Shown: positions 40,677 to 50,628 of the stretch, in pieces
Layout of the letters: the number at the start of each line of letters is the position of its first letter
Numbering within the stretch: the first letter of the stretch is position 1
NCBI GenBank assembly: GCA_965198115.1
Contig: OZ240241.1
Coordinates: 5,120,001 to 5,184,000 of the forward strand
Direction: 5' to 3'
DNA length: 64,000 nucleotides
Source of the DNA: Candidatus Latescibacterota bacterium
Lineage (GTDB): Bacteria; Latescibacterota; UBA2968
Translations under genes and position numbers: made by a program
Notes under the pieces: generated by a model
The model's database searches: none
What the model saw: the letters and a program-made list of their open reading frames with translations, nothing else
What the model was told of the DNA's origin: nothing

Positions 40677-41552
40677 TCAGCGACTGCCACCCACTTCCCT
40701 TTCAAGATTCGAAGCTCGATTCCCCGCGATCGTATGCACCACCAGCGTCGCGACCAGCACCCCTCCACCGACGAAGGCAGCCCTTCCCGGTTCCTCTCCA
40801 AGCGCAATCCAGACCCACAGGGGCCCCAGCACCATTTCCGACAGCTTGATCAGACCCACTTCGGGTGCGGGCAGATACCGTGGCGCCAGAATCAGAAACC
40901 CGAAGGCCGTCGGCAAGACGATCAGGCCGAGCACACCGAGCAGGACCGCATCCATCGAGGTCACGTCTGCCGGGGTCGAAAACGGAAACACCGTCAGTGC
41001 GACGAGCAGCCCCCCAAGCGCGACACTCGGGACAAGATTCAACGCTTTTGCCCACCGGACGAGCACGACGTGGGACGCCACGAACGTCGCCGCGATCAAC
41101 GCAAACCCGTCTCCCATCCACGCACCCGCGGCAACATTGCCCGAAACCGCGACCCAGATCGCCCCCAGCGCCACGACAATGGCCGCCCAAGTCCTGCCCG
41201 CGACCTTCTCTTTCAGAAAGACCAGACTCAACACCGCAGACAAAAGCGGCGCCACACCCAGAATAATCAGCACGTTGGCCACCGTCGTGTGGTGAATCGC
41301 CAGAACGAACATCAGCGTCCCTGCCGCCAGAACGACACCGGAGCCCCACCCGACCCATCCGATCGCCTTGAAGGCCTTCCAGGTGTTCTGTCGATAGGTA
41401 ACACCGATCCCCACGGTCAGCCCGACCGCCATCAGTATCCCACGCCAAAAAACGAGCGTAAAGGCATCCGTCTCGATCATCCGGATCAGCAGACTATCCG
41501 GGCTCAGTGCCAGAATCCCGGCAAAAGACAGAATAACGCCCTTCGCTCTCAC
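40677..41552 (-). CDS. DMT/EamA family transporter
   Basis: About 10 TM helices; PDSLLIR, FLKEKV and APRYLPAPEV motifs. Confidence 0.9.
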   Translation of the reverse strand: MRAKGVILSFAGILALSPDSLLIRMIETDAFTLVFWRGILMAVGLTVGIGVTYRQNTWKAFKAIGWVGWGSGVVLAAGTLMFVLAIHHTTVANVLIILGVAPLLSAVLSLVFLKEKVAGRTWAAIVVALGAIWVAVSGNVAAGAWMGDGFALIAATFVASHVVLVRWAKALNLVPSVALGGLLVALTVFPFSTPADVTSMDAVLLGVLGLIVLPTAFGFLILAPRYLPAPEVGLIKLSEMVLGPLWVWIALGEEPGRAAFVGGGVLVATLVVHTIAGNRASNLEREVGGSR

Positions 41553-41615
41553 GCAAGACCCCTCATTCTATATTCTCCGATCTCGGATCGCGTTTTCAGA
41601 TTTTTCGACACCCTC

Positions 41616-41644
41616 TTGACCAAAGGCTAAAGCGTGAATACTCT
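41616..41644 (+). promoter_or_regulatory. Putative sigma70 promoter
   Basis: TTGACC-N17-TACTCT about 40 bp upstream of 41682. Confidence 0.3.
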
Positions 41645-41681
41645 TGTGATACGTTTGAGTCGGGGGCAAACGAGGGCTTGA

Positions 41682-42194
41682 GTGGCAGACAAGACCAAGA
41701 TCATCGAGTCGATTAGGACCGAGCTCGCCGAGGTCCGCCGGAAAGTCGTGCGGATGGAAACGTTGCTCCTCCAACTCGGGCGAGAATCCGGCAACCACAG
41801 TGCTCCATCGGATCGTTCCGATGTGCCGCCGTCCATCCTTGTCGTCGATGACGACGAGCAAGTTCGACGGCTCCTCCAGCGCGTGATCGAGACCGCTGGA
41901 TACACCCCCGTGGAAGCCGAACGGGGTCGAGACGCCATAGAAATCCTCGAAGATGGCGAAATCGACCTGATGCTCCTCGACATCAACCTCCGCGTTGGAT
42001 CGGGCATCGAAGTTCTTCGTATTCTGAGACGGCGCCAGATCGAAGTGCCTACCATCATCATTTCCGGATACGTATCGATGGGTGTGACCGAACAACTGAT
42101 GGAACTGGGCGTCGACAACATTATGGCTAAACCTTTCCGGACCGATCGCATAGTTGAAGAAATCGAAAAAGCCCTTCGCGCCCAGGCGGCCTGA
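41682..42194 (+). CDS. Single receiver-domain response regulator with N-terminal coiled coil
   Basis: ILVVDDD, LLDINL, IISG and KPF motifs. Confidence 0.88.
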   Translation: MADKTKIIESIRTELAEVRRKVVRMETLLLQLGRESGNHSAPSDRSDVPPSILVVDDDEQVRRLLQRVIETAGYTPVEAERGRDAIEILEDGEIDLMLLDINLRVGSGIEVLRILRRRQIEVPTIIISGYVSMGVTEQLMELGVDNIMAKPFRTDRIVEEIEKALRAQAA

Positions 42195-42354
42195 CGGTAT
42201 CGAATCCGGCCCGCAGAATCGCCCAAGTCGTCCGTCATTCTCCGGTTTGCAACCGGGCCTGCTCCCACCGCCAATCACGCCAGACACTCTTCACCGCCCC
42301 TCTCCTGTTTTCACATAAAGTAAATATTTACAAATAGATGTATTCATTCACCTA

Positions 42355-42378
42355 AAAAGTGGCCCCGGGGCCACTTTT
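42355..42378. terminator. Bidirectional intrinsic-terminator-like palindrome
   Basis: AAAAGTGGCCCCGGGGCCACTTTT, a perfect 24-bp palindrome between convergent genes. Confidence 0.55.
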
Positions 42379-42516
42379 CCCAATCAGCCAGATGTTCATC
42401 TGAACCCTCAGAAACCTACCCGCTCGATGGCAGACTCACGGAAGCCTGCGACAACAGATCGCCCCGTCATCCGACAATGGAGCGTAGCCTTCCCACGACC
42501 AGTGGGTCCGCCTCTT

Positions 42517-43287
42517 TCAAACATCCACAATCGTCCGCAGAGGCTCCCTCAACCGCCCCACCGTCTCCTCGGAGAGGGATGCCCGCTGATCCGTCTGCTG
42601 TTTCTGGTCTATCCGTGTGTAGTAGCCGTGCAGTCCATAGCGAGCCTCTTCGCTCCTGTTGAGCGTTCCTCCGTGCCAGGTGTGCGCATTGAAGACGACG
42701 ACGCTGCCCGCTTTCCCGGTCAGAATGAGTTCGTCCGGATGGGTCGCCTCCGGATCCTCCAAAACATCGCGAGGGTGCAGGCCGCTGCGATTCGACCCCG
42801 GCACGAGTCGCGTCGCGCCATTCTCCGCCGTGAAGTCGCTCAGCAGCCAAATCGAATTGCACACGTAATAGTTCCCGGGCTCAACCCCTTCGCGCCAATC
42901 GGCGTGCAAACCCTGAAGACCTCGCCCGGGCAGCGCTACCCGGCCGTTCAAAGAAGAGAGCTTGAATTCGGTCCCCAGCACGTGCCGCATCGCCGCCAGA
43001 ACCCTGGGATGCGAGATGCAGATCTCGAACATCTCGCCCTTGTCGACCAGGTTCGCAAGTCTGTTGGTCCCGTCCTCCTGGTGGACCTCCTTGCCTGCGT
43101 TGCCCCCTTCCAGTTCAACGAGCTCGTCGAAACGATTTCGTAATTCCTGAACCTGATCGGTACTCAGGGCCCCCTCCAGGGGCAGATAGCCCTGCTCATC
43201 CAGGAACGATCTCTCCTTCTCGCTAAGAAGATCGTCGGTGACTCCCAGCTCATCGAGCGCTTCTGCCATCGTCATTTGGCTATCCAT
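42517..43287 (-). CDS. PhyH family dioxygenase
   Basis: LDEQGYL, QGLHAD, NGATRLVPGS and GSVVVFNAHTWHGG motifs. Confidence 0.92.
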   Translation of the reverse strand: MDSQMTMAEALDELGVTDDLLSEKERSFLDEQGYLPLEGALSTDQVQELRNRFDELVELEGGNAGKEVHQEDGTNRLANLVDKGEMFEICISHPRVLAAMRHVLGTEFKLSSLNGRVALPGRGLQGLHADWREGVEPGNYYVCNSIWLLSDFTAENGATRLVPGSNRSGLHPRDVLEDPEATHPDELILTGKAGSVVVFNAHTWHGGTLNRSEEARYGLHGYYTRIDQKQQTDQRASLSEETVGRLREPLRTIVDV

Positions 43288-43469
43288 CAAACGAAGAGCT
43301 ACAGAATCAGAACAACCGGTGAAGTGCGGCTACAGAAAAGATCTCGAGCACGAAACCAGTCTCGATAACGTTTCCCAGCAAGTTCGATCGCTAATTTGTC
43401 GGATCGTGCTCGGCTTCACCAGTATATTTCTCGACACCCAATTCCGGAAACATACGAACGGGATGACCT

Positions 43470-44846
43470 ATGAGCGACCAACAGCCTGACGTCACACACC
43501 GGCCCTGGAAGGGCATCTCGGAGCACATCGAAAACGAAGATGCCGACGCACTCGAGACGGCACTGGACGAGCTGTCGCCTTCCGACACAGCTCGCGTGAT
43601 GGCCCGAATGAGTCAGGCCCTGCAGACGCGTCTTCTCCAACTGCTCCCGCCGGAGGAAGCCGCTGATGTGATGGAAGAAGTGCCCGAAGCTCAGGCCGCG
43701 GATATGATCGAACATCTGCCATCGGACGATGCGGCGGCGATCATAGACGAGATGGCGAGCGACGAAGCCGCCGATGTGTTGGGTGAACTCGATCCGGGAA
43801 CGTCCAACGCGATCCTCGAGCAGATGTCTCCCCGGGAGGCCGAAGACGCGCGAGAGCTCCTGTCCTACGACGAAGACACGGCCGGCGGCATTATGATCAA
43901 GGAGTATCTTGCGTTCGACCAGGAACTCATTGTCGAGAATGTGCTGGCCAACCTAAGAAGCAATCGCCATCGCTATGCCGACTACGACGTCCAGTACACT
44001 TACGTGGTCGACGCCCAAGGCCGGCTGACGGGTGTCCTGAGACTACACGACATCGTCCTGGCCCCATCCGATACGTCGCTCATCCAGGTGATGATGTCGG
44101 AACCCGTTTCGGTCCCGACGGACGCCGGCCTGACAGAACTGCACGACTTTTTCGAACGGAACAGTTACGTTGGCGCACCGGTCGTCGACAAGAACGAGAC
44201 GCTCGTCGGCGTCGTCCTCCGCAGCGACGCCCACAGGGCGGAAAGTAGACACGCCGAAGAGACCTACCTGGAATCGACCGGTATCGTGGGTGGCGAGGAG
44301 CTTCGGTCGATGGGATTCGTTCGACGATCATCCCGACGCCTGTCCTGGCTGAGCATCAACATCGTGCTCAACCTGCTTGCCGCCAGCGTCATCGCCCTGT
44401 ATCAGGACACGCTGTCGGCCGTCATCGTGCTCGCCGTGTTCCTACCCATCATCTCCGATATGAGCGGCTGCTCGGGCAACCAGGCGGTGGCTGTGAGCAT
44501 CCGCGAACTGGCGCTGGGCACGACGGTTCCGCGCGATTTCTTTCGCGTGCTGTGGAAAGAAGGCATCGTGGGTGTCGCCAACGGTTTTGCACTCGGCGCG
44601 CTGCTCGGTCTGGCCGCATTCGCCTGGCAGCACAACCTTTATCTGAGTCTCGTCGTTGGAGGGGCACTCGCACTCAACACATTAATCGCCGTCCTTCTGG
44701 GCGGCATTGTGCCCCTCGCGCTCAGAGGTCTGAAGATGGATCCTGCCCTCGCGTCGGGGCCGATCCTCACGACCGTAACCGATGTGTGCGGGTTCTTCCT
44801 CGTCCTCAGCTTCGCCGCCGCTGCGATCTCCCATCTGTCATTGTGA
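43470..44846 (+). CDS. mgtE: Magnesium transporter MgtE
   Basis: Acidic MgtE_N domain, TAGGIM CBS pair, RRLSWL, GCSGNQ and DPALASGPILTTVTD motifs. Confidence 0.96.
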   Translation: MSDQQPDVTHRPWKGISEHIENEDADALETALDELSPSDTARVMARMSQALQTRLLQLLPPEEAADVMEEVPEAQAADMIEHLPSDDAAAIIDEMASDEAADVLGELDPGTSNAILEQMSPREAEDARELLSYDEDTAGGIMIKEYLAFDQELIVENVLANLRSNRHRYADYDVQYTYVVDAQGRLTGVLRLHDIVLAPSDTSLIQVMMSEPVSVPTDAGLTELHDFFERNSYVGAPVVDKNETLVGVVLRSDAHRAESRHAEETYLESTGIVGGEELRSMGFVRRSSRRLSWLSINIVLNLLAASVIALYQDTLSAVIVLAVFLPIISDMSGCSGNQAVAVSIRELALGTTVPRDFFRVLWKEGIVGVANGFALGALLGLAAFAWQHNLYLSLVVGGALALNTLIAVLLGGIVPLALRGLKMDPALASGPILTTVTDVCGFFLVLSFAAAAISHLSL

Positions 44847-44903
44847 CCGCTGCCTAAACGATCGTTCCACAATTTCATAATTCCCTAATTTCACAATTTC
44901 CTA

Positions 44904-45986
44904 ATGTCCTCAATGTCCCCTGATCATTCATCCGTTCCCGGGAACGTCGTCGCTCACTCGCCCGCCGAATCGCGTGCCTACATCGGTAGTCCAAGTCTCG
45001 TCATTCTCGACGATGGCACCTACGTTGCCTCCCACGATTTCTTCGGACCGGGGACGAACTTCGACCAATACGTCGTCTATCGCTCCGAGGACCGCGGGCG
45101 TACCTGGACCCAGGTAACCACTTTCATCGGCCAGTGGTGGGCCTCTCTCTTTCTCCATCGAGGCGCCCTCTATACGATCGGCACGACGTGCGAATACGGA
45201 TATGCGGTCATTCGGCGATCCGACGACGGTGGGACATCGTGGTCCGACCCCACGGGATCGACGAGCGGCATTCTTTCGGCGATCGACCGTTACCACTGCG
45301 CCCCGGTGCCCGTCGTCGAGCACGCGGGTCGTGTCTGGCGGGCTTTCGAAATATCACGCGGCAAGCGGCCGCACTGGACTGCCACCGTTGCCTCGGCCGC
45401 CGCCGATGCCGACCTCCTCGACGCTTCGAGCTGGACGTGGGCGAATCCCTACCACCATCATTGGTCCAGGGGTCAATGGATCGAAGGGAACGTAGTCGTG
45501 ACACCGGACAGACGTCTCATCGACGTGCTCCGGGCGAACGTCGGCATCGGCGACAAGGCCGCGATCTTGCACGTCTCCGAGGATGGCACGGACCTTTCTC
45601 ACGATCCGACCCGTGATCTGGTCGACCTACCGGGTGGGGGCGTGAAATTCACGATCCGCTTCGATTCGACGTCCGGTCTCTACTGGACCCTCGGGAACAA
45701 ACAGACCGACCCCACCGCCAGGCGGAATACCCTCGTCCTCGCCACCTCTCCCGACCTTCGCGAATGGAAAGTCGAAACGACGCTCCTCCACCACGAGGAA
45801 CCAGACCATCACGCTTTTCAATACGTCGACTGGGTCGTCGAGGGTGATGATATCATCTTCTTATCCAGAACGGCCTATGACGATGGGGTGGGCGGCGCTC
45901 ACACCGGCCACGACGCGAACTACCTGACCTTCCATCGCATTTCCTCCTTCAGACTCCTCGCGGAATGTCACCTGATCCGCGGATGA
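44904..45986 (+). CDS. BNR/Asp-box sialidase-like protein
   Basis: YIGSPS, SEDRGRTW, SDDGGTSW, FQYVDW and HDANYLTFH motifs. Confidence 0.85.
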   Translation: MSSMSPDHSSVPGNVVAHSPAESRAYIGSPSLVILDDGTYVASHDFFGPGTNFDQYVVYRSEDRGRTWTQVTTFIGQWWASLFLHRGALYTIGTTCEYGYAVIRRSDDGGTSWSDPTGSTSGILSAIDRYHCAPVPVVEHAGRVWRAFEISRGKRPHWTATVASAAADADLLDASSWTWANPYHHHWSRGQWIEGNVVVTPDRRLIDVLRANVGIGDKAAILHVSEDGTDLSHDPTRDLVDLPGGGVKFTIRFDSTSGLYWTLGNKQTDPTARRNTLVLATSPDLREWKVETTLLHHEEPDHHAFQYVDWVVEGDDIIFLSRTAYDDGVGGAHTGHDANYLTFHRISSFRLLAECHLIRG

Positions 45987-46134
45987 AATCCTCCAACGGA
46001 GGGTCCACGCCTAACCCACACTGACTAAAGCGTTTGCCAAATGGGCCGAAGCACGATGAAAAATGGGATATCCCACGTTCGACGACGGATTCCCTCCACC
46101 TTCTCGGGTGGGCGATCCCAATCGGCACGACGTG

Positions 46135-46164
46135 TTGACACAACCCCTCCGGACACTCTATCTT
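46135..46164 (+). promoter_or_regulatory. Putative sigma70 promoter
   Basis: TTGACA-N18-TATCTT upstream of 46242. Confidence 0.3.
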
Positions 46165-46241
46165 CTTCAATTCAAACGAGATAGCGTCGGTTTGAAGAAG
46201 GATCTCCCACTCACTTGGTGGCTAGAATACACGCGATCAGG

Positions 46242-47613
46242 ATGAATATTCGTGCAACCTCCAGAAGGCTGATCAGACCGCTGGCTTGCCTGCTTTGCCT
46301 TCTTGGCATCGGTGGTGCCGCTCAATCCGCGTCGACCTACGTTCCAATCACTCCCGATCCCATCCTCGAATCGTGGCGCTGGCACGCCTTGCCCGAACTC
46401 AAGGGTCTTGGCTTGCTCGACATCCTCGAACGGGGCGAGGATGACTTTTGGTTCGCGACCCGAGACGGGCTCTATCACTACGACGGTCGGCTATGGGACA
46501 AGCACGTTCTCGAAGCGGAAAAGGGCCCCCTCCCACAGACGCTGGCGCTCGGGCACGACGGTCGTGTCCTGGTCGGGACAACCGACGGTATCTACTGGAT
46601 CGAAAAGGACCGTGGACACCGCCTGCTGCCGAGGATGAACGATCTGCAGTGGGATGTTTACAGCATCGAAGTCGACGCCGGTGGGGGCATCTGGGCGGCC
46701 ACGAATCTGGGACTGCTCTTTGTCGACGGATCGATGGAGATGTCCCCCAGGCTTTACACGTCAGCCGGCCTGACCACCTTCATCCGGCAGGTGGCACCCG
46801 ACGCCGGTATAGTCTTGGAGGCGATCGATCCCGCGCTCATCCCGACCCGCAACTGGAGTGACGGCATCGGACTCCAGACGCGCTCCGCGTGGGTCTTTCA
46901 AGTGGCCCCAGGCAGCTCTTCCCAGGATGCGGGAATCGTCGTCGGTGACCGCATCCTGACCGTCGACGGACGTCCCGGAGACGTTGCCACCCGGATCATC
47001 GGCAAACCCGGTGACGAACTCGACTTGAAAATTCTGAGATCGGCTTCTCCTGACACCGCTCGTCTGACCCTGCGACTGGATTCAGTACAGGGCACGTATC
47101 TCGACTTCGCGCTGCACTCGGTCGTGGAGAGCAGTGACGGAGACATCTGGATTGGCGCGATCGACGGCGACGTCCTTCGCTACAGGCCTGAATCCGGAGA
47201 CTGGCGTCGATTTACGGAAACGGATGGACTTCCGGCCGGAAAAGAACCTCAGTTTCAAGAGGGCGCCGACTGGTCATCAACAGCAATACTGAGAGACAGG
47301 TCGGGCAATACCTCGACGGGGACTGGTTGCAGCACGATCTGGAAGCGATCGGAGGAACCAACCTCAACACCTCTATTCTTCGCACGGAGTCCGGCACTAT
47401 CTGGATCGGCGGCCACAAAGGCACGCTCCACGCCTACAACGACGGTCGTTGGCGGATCTACGAATCCTACGACACACCCCTCCAGCGAACCCGCATCCGC
47501 CACCTCGTCGAGACCAGCGATGACTACCTGATCGTGGCCAACATGAAGCAAGCCTTCCGTGTGGATATCGGATCGAGCCGGGTTCAGACCTTCGATCAGC
47601 TGGCCATAAATAA
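46242..47613 (+). pseudogene. Periplasmic beta-propeller sensor-like protein with inserted PDZ domain; frameshifted and truncated at ISL3 copy 3
   Basis: Signal peptide; propeller motifs FWFATRDGL, IWAATNLGL and DGDIWIG; PDZ motif AGIVVGDRILTVDG. Frame change near 47268; ends at the IS. Confidence 0.8.
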
Positions 47614-49033
47614 GGCTCTATCCGGGTTTCTCAACGGTGAAACTATAGAATGACAAGGTCATAGATCGTTCCCTACGCTTGGTTGTGTGTGTAGGACAAT
47701 CAAAGCGAAGGGGGTGCGACCTATGACCGGGAGCAGATTACTATCGAAACTGCTGAGATTCAAGGGGTTCCGTGTTGTCAGCTGGTGGTTTGAGGGGAGA
47801 AGCTGCTTCGTCATCGCCGTAAAGCCACATAAGAATGGTTGTTGTTGTCCGGAGTGCGGCCGTCGAGGTAAAATCGTCCGCACAATGCCCCATCCGCGTC
47901 GGTGGCGTGACATTCCGGTGTGCGGGTGGAGGGTCTGGCTTCTCTACCATCCTCGGGAGATTCGGTGTCCTACCCACGGTCGTGTGGTCGAGGAGATTCC
48001 GTGGGCGGAGCGGTTCTCTCGGGTGACGTATCGCTTCGAGTATGCCATGCTGCGCTACTGCCAGACCATGACGCAGAAGGCGGCGTCCGAGTTACTGCGC
48101 ATCTCTGCCTCGACGCTGTCGGATCTCCTTCACCGATCCATCACGCGGCTTCGTGAAGGTCATCGTATCCGAGGGCTCAAAACCATCGGGATCGACGAGA
48201 TCTCCTACGCCAAGCGTCACAGGTACGCCACGCTCGTTTACGATCTGGACCGCTCCTGCGTGGTGTGGGTTGGCCGCGGCAGGGCGCGTAAAACGATCGA
48301 TCGGTTCTTCACAGAGGCTCTCAGTCCCTACCAGAGATCCAAGATCGAGTGGGCCTGCTGCGACATGAGCGAAGCTTACATCGGAGCCATCCAGGAACAC
48401 TGTCCGAATGCCAAGCTGGTCCTCGATCGCTTTCACATCGTCAAGGCTCTCAATGCCGCCGTTGACGAGGTCCGTAAGGACCAGTGGCGTAAAGCTGCCC
48501 CGGATGAGCGCAAAGCCATGAAGGGCCTCCGATGGCTCCTCTACCGGCACTCAGCGACACGCTCCAGAGGGGATACTCGGACACTCAAAGCACTGGAGAA
48601 GGCGAACTACCGAATCTATAGAGCCTGGAGACTCAAGGACGAGTTCGAGCAGTTCTGGGAATACAAAGCGCCCTGGGCTGCCGAACGCTTCCTGAAATGC
48701 TGGACGACGTCCGCACTCAGAAGTCGACGTGAACCCCTGCGAAAGTTCGTCAGGACCCTGCGACAGCACTTCTTCGGCGTCCTCGCATTCGTGAACACGC
48801 GTCTTACCAACGCCATCGCCGAAGGCCTCAACCGAATCGTCCAAATCGTCAAGAACCGAGCCAGCGGATTCCGCACACTCGACGCATTCAACGATATGAT
48901 CTTCCTTACCGTCGGAGACATAAACATCCCTGAGCAGATTCCGAAGAGGTTCCGCACACTCTAACCGCGCCCCCATGCCAGGAACCACGGCACCTTCACC
49001 CACTTCATCTCGTTGAGAGATCCGGATATAGCC
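47614..49033 (+). mobile_element. ISL3-family IS, copy 3 (1420 bp)
   Basis: Terminal IRs; ATAAATAA at 47606-47613 and 49034-49041. Confidence 0.97.
47723..48964 (+). CDS. ISL3-family transposase (full length)
   Basis: As copy 2 with a few substitutions. Confidence 0.95.
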   Translation: MTGSRLLSKLLRFKGFRVVSWWFEGRSCFVIAVKPHKNGCCCPECGRRGKIVRTMPHPRRWRDIPVCGWRVWLLYHPREIRCPTHGRVVEEIPWAERFSRVTYRFEYAMLRYCQTMTQKAASELLRISASTLSDLLHRSITRLREGHRIRGLKTIGIDEISYAKRHRYATLVYDLDRSCVVWVGRGRARKTIDRFFTEALSPYQRSKIEWACCDMSEAYIGAIQEHCPNAKLVLDRFHIVKALNAAVDEVRKDQWRKAAPDERKAMKGLRWLLYRHSATRSRGDTRTLKALEKANYRIYRAWRLKDEFEQFWEYKAPWAAERFLKCWTTSALRSRREPLRKFVRTLRQHFFGVLAFVNTRLTNAIAEGLNRIVQIVKNRASGFRTLDAFNDMIFLTVGDINIPEQIPKRFRTL

Positions 49034-50318
49034 ATAAATAAACGGTCGATCTCAATGTTGAGCCATTGGCCGGATCGTGTAGTTCCAGTCGCCGTGGAAA
49101 TCGTGCGGAGTGAGATCGATTTGGGTCATCTGTTCATCGGTCACCTTGACCCCGTTAGGGTAGGGTCGCTTGTCGATCTCGGAGCGTACTCGGAGACCGG
49201 CTTGAGTGGTCGTTCCGGCAATGAGATTCACGGTTGCAGCCAGGCTGACCAGGGGCTTGCCTCGCCCAGTTCATAGCGATGAAGGAGAACAGGCGATGTT
49301 CGATCTTGTTCCACTTACTAGTGCCAGGAGGGTAGTGGCATACGGTGATCGTCAGGCCAGTGCGATTCGCAAAGCGCTGCAGCTCCCACTTCCACAGCCG
49401 CGTCTTGGCGCCGTTGCTGCCGCCTGCGTCCGCCGTGATTAGCAGATGCGTCGAAGTGCCGTAGGCGGGCCGTCCCATGTTCTTCCACCAACTTCGGATC
49501 GCATTCACGGCGAAGCTGGCCGTGTCGTGATCGATACCGACACTTACCCAGCCTTCATCACGGCTCAGATCATACACTCCATAAGGGATCGCCTTGCCCT
49601 GAGCAGGCACTATGAAATCGTGTACCTTCACACGCTCCGGGTCTCCCTTGGGTCGCCATTCTCGGCCAGGATTCTTGAAGTCGCCGATCAACTCTTTCTT
49701 CTTGGTGTCCACCGAGATAACGGGAAGGCCCTGCTGCTGCTGCTGGCTAATCCGATCATCGAGGTAAACGAACTGAGCGTCCCGATCCGGGTGTGCAGAT
49801 CCCTCCCTTGTCTTCCGATTCGCCTGCAGCGTGTAATCGTGTTCGTGCAGGAGATTGGCAACGATCCTGGGGCTCACCGAATGCCCCATCGCTTGCAACT
49901 CGGCGGCCAGTTTGCGAGTGCTCTTCGATGTCCATCTCAGAGGATTGTCGTCAGGCGACCCCGCAGTCGTTGGCTCGACCAGATCATTCAGGTCCTGCCA
50001 CAGCGTCGGGTCCGTGTCGGCCTTCCGCTTACGACCGCCGCCTGGACGCCGGATGCGAGCCGGGTCCAAAGGTTCGTCCGACCTCAACTCCTGAATGCCA
50101 CGAAAGATCCGCTCTCTGGACATTCCTGTCGCCAGAGCCACAATCGCGATCCCACCGTGACCCAACGCTTCGGCTTCCGTGGCGGCCCACAGACGACGCG
50201 TGCGTTCCGTCAGCACCGGAGCCAAGGCTTCATACTTCGTTCGGAGAGTTTCGACGTCCACACTCCGAGCGTAAGATCATTACCTTGAAAAGTGCAGCAC
50301 TTATTTCGTGGCAAACCC
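49034..50318 (-). mobile_element. ISAzo13-family IS, copy B (outer 9 bp of left end missing)
   Basis: Near-identical to 13634-14916; right flank TAA. Confidence 0.9.
49052..50261 (-). pseudogene. ISAzo13 transposase with a C-terminal +1 frameshift
   Basis: 368-aa ORF goes out of frame at MNW-G-RGKPL (~49265). The proper tail ends at 49052. Confidence 0.85.
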
Positions 50319-50349
50319 TAAGCGGTGTAGGGGAACGCGCGATACGCAT

Positions 50350-50439
50350 TGTCACCCCTGCATGCTTCTGAGCCGGGGCCAAATTTGATCTTCGCAAAGG
50401 TTAAAATGGATCTCGGCTCAACACACCGCCGGGATGACA
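50350..50439. repeat. ~90-bp REPIN/MITE-like repeat (TGTCACCCC...GGGATGACA), copy 1
   Basis: Homologous copies at 51842-51927 and 58244-58335. Confidence 0.8.
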
Positions 50440-50451
50440 CCCCTCGTCTTC

Positions 50452-50623
50452 CTGGTTCCCAAGCTCTGCCTGCGAATCCCTAATTGACGACATTGACGCT
50501 TGCCCTCGTGCTCTGCACGGGGCGTGGTGTTCAACACCGGAGGTTCTTTGTCCCCGTGCGGAGCACGGGGACGAGCGGGGGACGTTGTCAAGGGACGATC
50601 CAGGGCAGAGCCCCTGGAACGAG
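50452..50623. repeat. Nested REP cassette 1
   Basis: Outer hairpins at 50452-50480 and 50599-50623 enclose inner CCCCGTGC hairpins at ~50501-50523 and 50550-50575. Confidence 0.7.
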
Positions 50624-50628
50624 GCCTT

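Noticed and set aside
21344-49033. Composite transposon bounded by ISL3 copies 2 and 3 (or 1 and 2)
   Set aside because: Copies 1 and 2 each have their own duplication and sit in a gene that rejoins in frame, so they are independent insertions.
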